Positions 1 through 9,755 are shown, counted from the first letter of the stretch. The stretch: DNA of 14,209 bases from Azolla caroliniana (GCA_043228905.1 JBHGNT010000890.1:1-14209), one strand, 5' to 3'. The notes: generated by a model from the letters alone, not told the origin. Numbers and translations: made by a program.

Positions 1-2365
1 ACTATTCCTATGAAGACAATAGTAACGAGAATAAGTTGACTCTTCTCTTTCTTGTAAGCCAATGAAATGTATCATGAGGAAAATTGTACGTCAAACATTG
101 TAACCTTATTTGATTCTTTCGTTAGAGAACTTTTGGAGTTACATGGAGAAAATATGTTAATGTTTACATCACTACTCCAAATGAGTGTTTTGAAATCTTC
201 ACAAGGATTTTCTAATGGCAAGCTAAATGATATGGTTTTGGTAACATCCAGTTAAAATCTTTTGTAAGCCCCAATCTAGAAGTATGATGATGACATGAAA
301 TCTCCACCTCGGCACAAAGTTCTTGAATTCTAATTTTGTTAATGATTACTTGCTATTGAATGGAAGTTTTGTTGCATCATATTTTCTAGACACCAATATG
401 ACATCAAGGTACGTTGTATTGCTTTGGTTCACATTTTCTCAACAAGGACTATAATCAACATGGATATATTGTAATCCCTTATTGCGATCAATGAAGTTCT
501 ATGGCTTGTAATTGTAATTGGAAAATGTCTGCGTGTCTTCAAATTTTTGTGATAATGATGATATTGAATATATGAATAGGTTTGGGCCCATAGAGACAAC
601 TCCTCAAAGACGCTTCCAAATTGTCACACCACAGTGAAATTGCTTACTCTACCAAAATATAATTGCCAAGTTAAAGAACTATAAATATAATTGCCACACT
701 TCCACTGACTACATAGATTGATTGTAGTAATGGCTTTGGGCCAATAATTGAACTAAATCATGCCCAATTTTAGAACTAAGTCATGTTAACCACAATCTTA
801 CTACATACGAGAGATTGTGATTTCATAGAATCATGAACAAACAAACCTTGATATCTCATGTCAAAATATCAAGGTAATTAACATTTGATCAATAATATTC
901 AAACCATCAGATCCACCATCTCGGAACATGGAAGGGACAACAACTTTTGTGGGCCCTTTAATGAAAACATATGGAGCCAACATACTTTTTAATAAAGACC
1001 ATAATATCTACCCATGCTACAAAGTTTGCTTACCCAAAATCCACAAAAGAAGGCATCAGTGGTACAGAAGTCATCAACAACCACTCTATAAGTCGTTGAA
1101 TTCCAATACTAAAATGTCCATAACATTTACATATTTTACTCTATGAACGTGTTTACAATGTATGAATTACCATGTAAACTCATTGAATTCCAATATTGAT
1201 TAAAGTGGGTCATAGCTACATCTATTAATGAACTTCCAATTGAAATTTATGGGGCTTTCATTCTTTATTAGACATGGTGGTTTCAAGGATTTTTTACAAA
1301 ACTATCTTAAATTTGTTTATATCTTGCCATCGCAATTTTAGCAATTATACAACTTGTCATTTATGTGCCACAAAGGGAAGAGGTGTGATAATTAGAATGT
1401 AGATCCATATGTAGGCTTGCAAATATGAACAATCTAGATGATGCAATGTTGAAAAAATAAGTAAAAACAATTACATCTGCAACTTCATCACCTTGTGTAG
1501 AAATAAGAATTGGGATATATTCCATGTGGACTTCATGACATTAATCTTTTTAAGTTAGATTCTCTTTGAGACATTCCCATGTCAAAATGAGAAAAATTGT
1601 ACAATGTAGAATTTTATCTTTGAGAAACATAGAAGTATTTTGAAATTGTGATTAAAAATATGCCATTTTAAGAAATTTTGTTCTCTACAACATGGAATGC
1701 AAACACACTCCTCAAATTGTACAATCTTCTTGTATACACATAATATCTAGACAAATAAATTCTTGAAGATTGCTCTATTTTCAATGATACATTTTGGAAA
1801 CATAAAGATAGAAAGAACGTCCTAGTCTAAGGGGTTCTAGTCTCTACATCTGAGCTAAAGATCAAGTGCTCCAACTAGGGCAATGAAAATAGCTTCCATG
1901 GTTAGAAACATTATGAGGATCTTGATATATGTGGGAACACTAGAAACGTTGAGATGCATATGCTTGTTTCTTAAATACCTCCTTGAGAACGGAACGGGTG
2001 ATAATATTTAGGTCTAGTACATGTCAAATATTGCAAGATCTAGGAAGATCTTCTGATCATGTTTCTCCTATATCACATATGTGAGCCTTGACATGAAGGG
2101 AATGAAATGAAGTACCCCTCCAAAATTCATAACAAGTTGTAACAAAGAGAAAAAGGGAGGGTAAATCCAATGTGAAGAAATTAAGGAGAGTGGGTCCAAA
2201 GGTCTTAATATGATAAGTTATGTAAATATGTAAAGGACTTGGATGAGATTGTGGAAGGAGTGACAAAGAGGAGAAGGAATTAAACAAGTTAGGAGGAGAA
2301 TTCATTGTGCAAATTATAGGAGGCCATTAGGCCAAATTGATCAACGTAGAATATGGTATGGTTCA

Positions 2366-2759
2366 ACCATGCCTACCCAGGACCTTTTGTAATGTACCTA
2401 TATACTCTTCGGGCCGAACACCCGTTTCCAAGAGCATAACCTAGTAAGAGGTAGTGCATTTAACTCCTAATTGCCTCCTTAAAGACATCTTTTGAATTTT
2501 CTCAATCTCATTCCATGCATCAAGAGAGATATTGCCACCCCATACTTCTACTCCATAAAGCAATAATTGAGTTACTATGGCATCGAACAACAATAGTTTT
2601 ACTTCCCATCCACAAGTATCATTTTGGTTGTATTGATTCTCTAAAAGGTAATACGATTTCCAATTGCTTGAAGCCTAGAATCAAATCATCCACTCCATTT
2701 ATTTGTGGCGGGTACGTCAATACAAAAATATTTAAAGCTTTGAACAACTTGTATATGTT
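2366..2759 (-). mobile_element. Degenerate LINE (non-LTR retrotransposon) fragment, C-terminal RT/thumb region
   Basis: Manual minus-strand translation across stops and frameshifts (not in the ORF track): IQVVQSFKYFCIDVPATNKW (cf. V..FKYLG), WEVKLLLFDAIVTQLLLYGVEVWGG...IEKIQKMSLRRQLGV, TTSY*VMLLETGVRP, RVYRYITK. This is the usual LINE thumb pattern (LLYGxEVW...Q..FLR..LG...ETG..P). It stops abruptly at the copia LTR edge (2760). The left boundary is approximate. Confidence 0.85.
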
Positions 2760-2814
2760 TGTAAAGAATCGATGGTGATTCTTGTGTAGTGGAATAGGTT
2801 AGAGATGTGTGTTA

Positions 2815-2862
<48 letters not shown>
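2815..2862. repeat. Compound microsatellite (TG)10(AG)14 inside the copia LTR
   Basis: Read directly: TG repeat 2815-2834, AG repeat 2835-2862. Confidence 0.97.
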
Positions 2863-2869
<7 letters not shown>

Positions 2870-2905
2870 GAGAAACACAAGATAGATAGGCAATAGAAAA
2901 TACTC

Positions 2906-2953
2906 AAGAAGATTTTATACTACAAAGGAAAGAAGATTTTATACTACAAAGGA
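2906..2953. repeat. Perfect 24-bp tandem duplication in the copia LTR
   Basis: AAGAAGATTTTATACTACAAAGGA at 2906-2929 and 2930-2953. Confidence 0.95.
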
Positions 2954-2989
2954 GATTAACCGACATATTACAAAGTAGGAGGAGAGTGC

Positions 2990-2997
2990 TTTATATA
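2990..2997 (-). promoter_or_regulatory. Putative TATA box of the copia LTR
   Basis: Minus strand reads cTATATAAAg in mid-LTR, in the element's sense orientation. Confidence 0.6.
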
Positions 2998-3198
2998 GTC
3001 CCTCTCTCTCTTCATTAAGTACCGAAGCTCATGAGTCATGGGGAATGTGAAAACTCATTAGTTATGTGTCAAAGAATGTGATTCTATGACACATAGTTAA
3101 TGTGTAAAGAGTACTAGTGTGACTTTTGACCTTTGAGTGTTCATAAACTCTCAAGGGTGTGTTCACACACTAGGCTAGGTTGAGCTTGATTCTCAACA

Positions 3199-3212
3199 CG
3201 CCCCCTCAAGCT
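3199..3212 (-). other. Copia polypurine tract adjacent to the 3' LTR
   Basis: Minus strand AGCTTGAGGGGGCG directly followed by the LTR start TGTTG. Confidence 0.85.
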
Positions 3213-3306
3213 CAACTTTGGTCGGCTTGTCCGCTTCAATTGGTAACCCGGTTCGAACGGTATCCGGTTCTCTCTTGTTTGGTGTCTGCTTGGACGTTTG
3301 GACGTA

Positions 3307-3320
3307 CTCCCCCTCAAGCT
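3307..3320 (-). other. Second, upstream PPT-like copy at the end of RNase H
   Basis: Minus strand AGCTTGAGGGGGAG (encodes SLRGS, the usual copia pol end), followed by TACGTC rather than an LTR TG. Confidence 0.75.
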
Positions 3321-4740
3321 TGGCAAGTCAAGAATCATCAATCCAAGGTCTGAGATGAATTGCCGAAGCTTGTCATCTCCTAGGGCTTTGGTGAAGATGT
3401 CGGTTTTCTCAAGATTTGTGTTGATGTGTTGAAGGTCGACATCTCCAGCTTGAACGCGCTCTCGAATGAAGTGATAATGCACTTCGATATGCTTCGTGCA
3501 TGCGTGGAACACCGGGTTCTGAGCCAGATGAATATTGCTCATTTTGTCACAGTAAAGGGGAATTGGATCTTTAATGGGAACACCCAGATCCTTCAATATC
3601 CTCTTGAGCCACACGACGTCACATGCAGCCACTCCCGCGCCCATGTATTCGGCCTCTGTGCTCGAAAGAGCGACGGTTGGTTGCTTCTTACTACTCCTGG
3701 AGATGTCTCCACTTCCAAGGGAGAAGACGAAACAAAAGGTTCACTTGATCGTCGATCACCTTTGTAGCCAGTCTAGTCGGCATCTGTGTATCCTTCGAGT
3801 TGAATTAGCATGGCCGACTTATAGAGAATGCCATAGTCCATCGTTCCACTCACGTATCGTAGCACTCGCTTAGCACAATCCAAATGGATATCTCGTGGAG
3901 TTTGCATGAATTGGTTAAGGAGGTCGACCGGATAGCTTAGGTCGGGTTGGGTAATCGTGAGGTAGATGAGGCTCCCGATCAGTTGTTGATACTGAGTTGG
4001 CTCAAACTCTGTAATGCCAGAGTTGGTATCCAGTTTGAGGTTTCGATCGAGAGGGGTTGCCATAGATTTGCACTCAGTCATCCCGAACTTGTATAACAAG
4101 TTAAGGATGTACTATCGTTGAGAGGCCATTACTTTGGTTGGAGTCTGGATTACTTCAATGCCAAGGAAGTAATGGACTTCTTTCATGTCTGCCATCTCGA
4201 ATTTGCTGGAGAGGAGGGACTTGACCTTGTTAACGTTGACTAGATGCTCACCTCCAATGACCAGATCATCCACGTATAGGATGATGACAAACGGGCTTTC
4301 AGAATCACTTCTTATATAGAGAGAATTGTCAGATTTTGACATTCGGAAGCCAATTAGATGAAGATATTGTGTTATCTTTGAATGCTAAGCATGTGATGCT
4401 TGCTTAAGGCCGTAGAGAGGCTTCTTGAGTTAGCAGATGGCTTTCAGATGAATGTTGGATTCAAACTTGGGTGGATGTACCATGCACACCTCCTCTTCTA
4501 ATTTGCCTTGAAGAAAGGCGTTCTTGACATCCATCTGGTGGAGGTGGCACCCTTTCACTACAACAAGCCCTTTGCTATAAGTCGAGCTTTGTATACCCAT
4601 TTGCCGTTGATTGCCTTCTTGTGCGGTGAGTGAGGGATGCGATCCCATGTCTCGTTCTTGCTGAGAGCTTGCATCTCCTGGTTCATCGCTTCAACCCATC
4701 ACGGATCTTTAGTGGCTTCGACAAAGCTCTCCGGTTCTCG
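3307..4740 (-). pseudogene. pol: Copia pol: reverse transcriptase and RNase H, disrupted
   Basis: ORF pieces 4430-4648 (HQMDVKNAF), 4112-4342 (YVDD, YFLGIEV), 3773-4099 (TPL, GSLIYLT, YTDAD then TAG in place of Trp) and 3141-3644 (LYCD, KHIEVHYHFIRE, DIFTKAL). Broken by stops, frameshifts and deletions. Confidence 0.95.
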
Positions 4741-5013
4741 TACTGCTGCTACCTTCATCATAAAGACATAATGGTATGCCATATAGTCGTTGTAGCCAAA
4801 TCGGCTAACCGTATTCTTCTCTCGGGTAGAGAGACAGAGTTTCTCATTTGCCAATGTGAGTGCTTTCTTAACTCCGGGTGACCTCATAAGAGGCACATCA
4901 AACCCATCAAACTCACTATCGAGTGAGTGAGTCGATTCGTTGTCGTCGAATTGATCATCTTCATATTCCGACATTTTGCCCTTCTTTGTCCATCTTTGGA
5001 CTTGGCCGAGATG

Positions 5014-5300
5014 TGCATCACCTTCAGTTTGTTGAGATTGATATGGCCGATTCATTTATGCCATAACTCTATGTCGGTGTTTGGTTAGAGGCCCTTTGTA
5101 AACATGGCCGATTTCACCTCGTTCGATTTAAGGATAAACATTCGGCCTTCCCTTCGACCACGAGCAATTAGTCAGCCTTCCTTCTCGATGAGGCAACCAC
5201 CTTGGTTGAATCGAACTTGCATCCCTTGCTCCACAATTGGGTCGACCGAGACCAAATTCTTCATTATGGTGGGTACATGCAAGAAATTTTTTATACAAGT
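5014..5300 (-). pseudogene. pol: Copia protease C-terminal half and GAG-pre-integrase remnant
   Basis: Manual translation: HVPTIMKNLVSV...EQGMQVRF...GCLIE...IARGRREGRMFIL...DIELWHK*IGHIN (LWHxRxGH motif). No DSG catalytic motif before it and no DDE core after it. Confidence 0.85.
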
Positions 5301-5332
5301 TCGTTCACCTTCTTTGTTTGTTCACCTTCTTC

Positions 5333-5883
5333 CGCATTCGATCGAGGTTTGTCAGCTCGGACCGGAATGGAAGCTCCCCCTTCTTCCGTATGTTCCTCGA
5401 TGGCTTCCGTCTTGTTGCTAAAATTAGGAATTATTTTCGTAAGTTGGACCTCATCCGCCTCGTCCTTGGCCGAATCGCCCTCTTGCTCGGTTGCGTCCTC
5501 TTCCTCCCTTCAAATGTGTGTAAAGAATGTGGCCTTCCGAAGCATATTGCTCCTCGTTCGAACATGGTTTTCTTCAACCGACAACATGCATTGAAGATCA
5601 AAGAAAGAGGGAGGATTCTCCCTTGCTAGTACGACGGTCCTCATTGCGTCGAACCATGGTGCAAGGCCGTTGAGGCATATTTGCACCATCTCATCATCGT
5701 CCACATTGACGCTTATTGAGCCGAGCGAGTCACAAAGCTCCTTGATCTTCAAGGTGTAGCTTGTGAAAAACATATCCCTTTGTTGGATGTTGTTCAACTC
5801 TTGGCGTAGTTGAAGCTTTCTTGTGGTTGTGTTGGCCGCGAAAATCATCCATAGATTCTCCCACACTTCCTTTGGCATCACGG
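5333..5883 (-). pseudogene. gag: Copia gag fragment (UBN2/Retrotran_gag_2-like region plus RG-rich linker), cut by the gypsy LTR
   Basis: ORF 5510-5905: KEVWENL..IFA...RKLQLRQEL..I.Q.....SY..KIKELCDSL.SI......EMVQICLNGL...LSVEE, followed by an RG-rich stretch. The first 7 codons of the listed ORF are gypsy LTR sequence. Confidence 0.88.
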
Positions 5884-6194
5884 TGTCATGTGGTTTTTCA
5901 CACACGATATGAAAACTAGTAAATCAATTATTTAAGATTAGCTTAATGTATTCATATGTAAAGATAGATGTCTTCAAGAGCTTCATAACGTATTTTATTA
6001 TGCCTAAAACGGATAAACAAGTATCAAGTTATGTGAGTGTAAAGTTTGAAGAAAAAAAAAGAAAAGACAAAACTGTGAGGTATCCCACATAGACAGGACA
6101 ACATTGGAACCTAGGATATATAAGGGAAACCAAAACATATTCATTATATCAATGTGTGGAGCATAGAATGTTCAAGGTGACTTGGGCTACATTG

Positions 6195-7051
6195 TGTGGT
6201 GTGCACGTTTCGAACGTACACACGTGTGCATGGACGTGTGGATGCTTCAGGCGTATGCGTATATGCATGGCCGTGTGGATGGGTTGTGTGGATGCTTTGG
6301 GTGTACGCGCATGTGCACGGTCGTGTGGATGCTTCGGGCACTAAAAGTAAAAGGCAGTGTGGATGCTTCGGGCATATGCGTGCACGGCCTCGTGGGACGC
6401 TCCGACGGACGCGCAGACGCGCGGATGCGTGGGTGTACGCACGTGTGCACGGCCGTGCATGACCCCTAGCTTGCTCGGGACGCGCGCGCGCGTGGATGCG
6501 TACACTGTGCGGTCGGGACTTTTGCGCATGGACGCGTCTACGGTTTGGTTGTGACGCACGTACGGATTATGCACGGGCTAAACTTTATGGATGATTAGGT
6601 CATTTGGCCGAATTTTACGGATGGTCGGATGCAACTAAAAGCCATGGCCATGCAACTAAAAGTAAAAGGCAGTGTGGACGCTTCGGGCATATGCGTGCAC
6701 GGCCTCGTGGGACGCTCCGACGGACGCACGGATGTGTGGGTGTACGCATGTGTGCACGACTGTCTGGCCGCTTCGGGCATACGCGTGCACAGCCTCGTGG
6801 GTTGCTCGAACGGACGCACGGATGCGTACACTGCTTGCTTAGATGGACGCGCGGATGCGTACACGGCTTGCTCGGGACGCGCGCGTGGGTGGATGCGTAC
6901 ACTGCGCGGTCGGGACTTTTGCACACGGACGCGTCTACGGTTTGGTTGCGACGCACGTACGGATTACACATGGGCTAAACTTTATGGATGATTAAGTCAT
7001 TTGGCCGAATTTTACGGATGGTCGGATGCAACTAAAAGCTAAGGCCATGCA
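6195..7051. repeat. GC-rich degenerate array in the 5' LTR with a higher-order tandem duplication
   Basis: Recurring GTGGAYGCTTCGGGC / TGCACGGC / GGATGCGTACAC modules. Blocks 6340-6654 (315 bp) and 6655-7051 (397 bp) both start ACTAAAAGTAAAAGGCAGTGTGGA and share the GGGCTAAACTTTATGGATGATTA...GGTCGGATGCAACTAAAAGC tail. Confidence 0.92.
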
Positions 7052-7130
7052 ACTAAAAGTAAAAGGCTTGCAACTAAAAATGGAAGCATGCAACTAAAAG
7101 TAGAGGCCATGCAACTGAAAGTGGACATGC
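7027..7130. repeat. ~21-bp minisatellite with core TGCAACTAAAAG in the 5' LTR
   Basis: Core at about 7027, 7048, 7069, 7089 and 7110; also at 6630 and 6651. Confidence 0.88.
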
Positions 7131-7294
7131 AAAGTAACATTGGGAAGGAGGATCAAGAAAGAGCTCGATATATGTCCCATTTTTTCCCACTAATTGTTTT
7201 CTTTTCCTCTCTTCTTCTCTCTCCCATTCCTTGGGGAAGAATAATCTCTCATATTCATATTGGACCACTCCTTACATGGTTGTTGGCTCCTTTC

Positions 7295-7301
7295 TATAAA
7301 A
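7295..7301 (+). promoter_or_regulatory. Putative TATA box of the gypsy LTR
   Basis: cTATAAAA about 220 bp before the LTR end, followed by a pyrimidine-rich stretch. AATAAA at 7377-7382 is a candidate poly(A) signal. Confidence 0.5.
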
Positions 7302-7524
7302 TTTTTATCTCTCATTTTCATCTCTAACCCGTTGTAACAAGATTCTTGAATTATAAAAGAATATATTTTCTTATGCAATAAATGAACATTTTCTCTCATC
7401 TACTCGTCTTATATGTGAATTTTGCTTGTGTTGTACATGTTGCACTAATTCCTTCTAGTCCAGAACCCCGGCAGTTCCGCCTCGCGATCCGCACATAGGG
7501 ACGGATTTTCACGACATAATTAAG

Positions 7525-7542
7525 TGGTGAACCCGACGTGAA
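7525..7542 (+). other. Primer-binding site complementary to tRNA-Trp
   Basis: TGGTGAACCCGACGTGAA is the reverse complement of TTCACGTCGGGTTCACCA, which matches my recollection of the 3' 18 nt of plant cytosolic tRNA-Trp(CCA). It lies just after the LTR end. Confidence 0.88.
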
Positions 7543-7570
7543 AGTGGCGGTAGGGAGGATATCAAGTGCA

Positions 7571-9755
7571 ATGATGGCTTCCACAAGCGGAACTCTAGGA
7601 GAGGAATTAACAAAAGGCATGGTGTCTGTAGTGGAATACATGTTGAAGGTGAGAGATCGAGAAGCTTTAATCGACAAAATTGTTGATCGTACGATCGAGA
7701 TAGCTGGACGATTTGGTGGCAAGAATATCACGGATTTTCTTTCTACCTATCGGAACGAGATGCAACAAAGGGATGTCAATGATCTGAAACAAATTTCTAG
7801 CTTCAAACGTGTGGTGGAACCAGGGATCCGCGAGTGCGTCATGGAGATCCAAAATGAGCATGCAACTTGGGCGAGTTCGAAAAGACGCTTCACGTTGAAT
7901 ACATGCTTGAAGATGCATCACGGATGACTCGACATACGCTAATGTCTTGGATCGAGAAGAAAGGGAAGAATATGTGTGTGTCTGGAGTATATGTCAAATT
8001 CGACCAGAAGTACATCCGACTTTCGAGTGTTGATCAATGAGTTCTCGATGGAGATAAAGTCCTACTATTCCTAAAGGCAGTGGATGCAAAAGATCGACGA
8101 GAATTGGGCAACTTTTTGGAGGAGAAAACACAACCAAATGGTTTGGTAGTGGACTAGGCGACAGTGAAGAAGGCTTGTAACCGTCTTAATAAGTGTCGAC
8201 AATGGCAAGAGGAAACTGATATGGAGAATCCACAATCGTGGAGGAGGAAGACGCCTATGACGATCGAGCCTTGCAAGCCGATCAACAATTTTGACAAGAA
8301 AGCGATGGAAGAATCCATAATCGAAGAGCTCTCCAAGAAGTTTGAAGTGGTATCGTTGGCCAACTTAGGTCAACATGGGTCCAAGGGAAAAGAAGCGTAT
8401 AGATGTCTGTGGTGTGACAGCTTCGAGCATCGCGAAGGGAGTGCATTGACTTGCAAGACGCGATTCGCAAGAACGTCGTCTATTTGGACGACAACATGAT
8501 TCATTCGAGCGAGACCCGGAAGCCACTACAAGTGAACTTCGGAAGAGGAGGGTTGAAAAAGATCGTGGAAGAGGAAGATGTAAGGCATGTAGAAGCTATG
8601 CACTATGCCGCATCGGCGGGAATACGAGTTGGAAGAGAGAATCTAAAGACGATAAAGCCGGGAGCTGGATTTTGGCCAACGGTATTCGAGTGCGAAAAGA
8701 AAGGAAAAATAGATTTGGAGGATCTAAAACATGCTGATCGGAATGTGCGACGAGTTACCGGATGGTAGGATCTAGTCAACGATAACACAAGCTTTGCGGA
8801 GGTTGTGTGTGACAACTATGAAGCTCTTGTTGAAGAGAAGAGGAAAAGAACCGGTGAAGAAGATGGCACATCAAAGCGTCACAATACGAGGAATGCAGGG
8901 AAAGAAGGACAAGCCCAACCTACGCCAGGAAAAGAGATCGGAGAAACAAGCATGAAGCCCGGTGGATCGAGCCGAACTTCTTGGATGGATGTCGATGAAT
9001 TTGTGAAGAAAGGAAAAGAATGAGCGGCGCCGACTTACAAGCTAAGGTCGGACATAGAACAAACAACCAACTTGCGGAAGGTCCTTGAGGAGAAGGTTTT
9101 AGATAGTCATGTCGACCTTACTTTGAGAGAGCTACTTGGGATCACTAAGAAGGAGTTCCACGATACTATCGTGGACTTGATTAAGTGGAAGCGGTAACAA
9201 TCGGATGAAGAGGAGGTGAAAACAAGTGCCATAACCATGGCAAGATCGGAAGAGGAGGAGGAAGAAGAAGTGATGGAGGACAACCATTACTCTCGGCCTC
9301 ATTGGGCAAGAGCGACAATGGAGACGCCGGTGAAGATCAAAGAGAAGAAAGAGACCATGGTAGCCTTGATTGACCATGGTTCGGAGATCAACCTCATGTC
9401 GACAGAATTCTACAAGAAAGGAAGATGGCCGATCAACACAAACCACAGATAGAAGTTACGAGCAGCAACGAAGGCCACGGAAGACCTGTACAGAGCTTGC
9501 CCCAATGTTAAAGTCACGATCAGAGCTGTGGAGATGGATCAACACTTCTTTGTGCAAGACTCGGCTTCACATCCCATCATCCTAGGACAACCATATATCA
9601 CATCATCCCGGATGGAGACTAAGGTGTTCGATAATGGAGCGGACTTCGTGCGAGTCAAGAGCCTTGACAATCAAAGATCTGTTCAATTCCTTACGGTGCG
9701 GGCTAATCACGAAAGGAACCGAGATAGCCTTGGAGGCGAATCCTCAGATATTTAG
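7571..9755 (+). pseudogene. gag: Gypsy gag-protease reading frame, disrupted
   Basis: First ATG at 7571; RFGGKNITDFL gag motif; zinc knuckle CLWCDSFEH....C at 8404-8444 (frameshifted); aspartic protease ALIDHGSEINLMS (DHG at 9372) and IILGQPY flap-end motif; stop TAG at 9753-9755. Several internal stops and frameshifts. Confidence 0.88.

Larger units (their letters stand above)
2760..3198 (-). repeat. Copia 3' LTR (439 bp)
   Basis: On minus it begins TGTTGAGAATC straight after the PPT. The other end reads TGTAAAGAATC on plus at 2760, a 9/11 terminal inverted repeat with TG...CA ends. LINE coding sequence begins right outside it. The partner LTR is not in the window. Candidate TSD is ATGTT (2755-2759). 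Confidence 0.8.
2760..5883 (-). mobile_element. Ty1/copia LTR retrotransposon, internally deleted and interrupted in gag; its 5' part would lie beyond the gypsy insertion, outside the window
   Basis: Minus-strand order gag, PR remnant, GAG-pre-integrase, RT, RNase H, PPT, LTR. Copia motifs: HQMDVKNAFLQG, LYVDDL, QLIGSLIYLT, YTDAD, SKKQPTVALSSTEAEY, KHIEVHYHFIRE. Confidence 0.97.
5884..7516 (+). repeat. Gypsy 5' LTR (1633 bp)
   Basis: Starts TGTCATG (3' copy TGTCGTG) and ends CACGACA, the reverse complement of TGTCGTG. The first ~327 bp match 13184-13510 with about 18 substitutions by hand count. A PBS follows. Confidence 0.9.

Noticed and set aside
655-786. Short direct repeats AAATATAATTGCCA (655, 683) and GAACTAARTCATG (about 750, 774)
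   Set aside because: Two copies each in AT-rich DNA; ordinary local duplication or chance explains them.
67-2305. Short ORFs 67-255, 928-1146 and 2057-2305 as host genes
   Set aside because: They are short, show no recognisable domains, and have no supportable exon structure.
2515-2778. 87-aa plus-strand ORF
   Set aside because: It is the antisense shadow of the LINE remnant and runs into the copia LTR.
3426-5629. Plus-strand ORFs over the copia element (3426, 3574, 4630, 5104, 5202, 5237)
   Set aside because: They are antisense to recognisable copia coding sequence and have no motifs of their own.
6195-7130. CRISPR-like appearance of the repeated modules
   Set aside because: The repeats are degenerate, the intervening sequences are themselves repeats rather than unique spacers, there are no cas genes, and the context is a eukaryotic LTR.
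7525-7542. tRNA gene or tRNA-derived SINE
   Set aside because: Only the 3' 18 nt including CCA match, in antisense and next to an LTR. That is a PBS.
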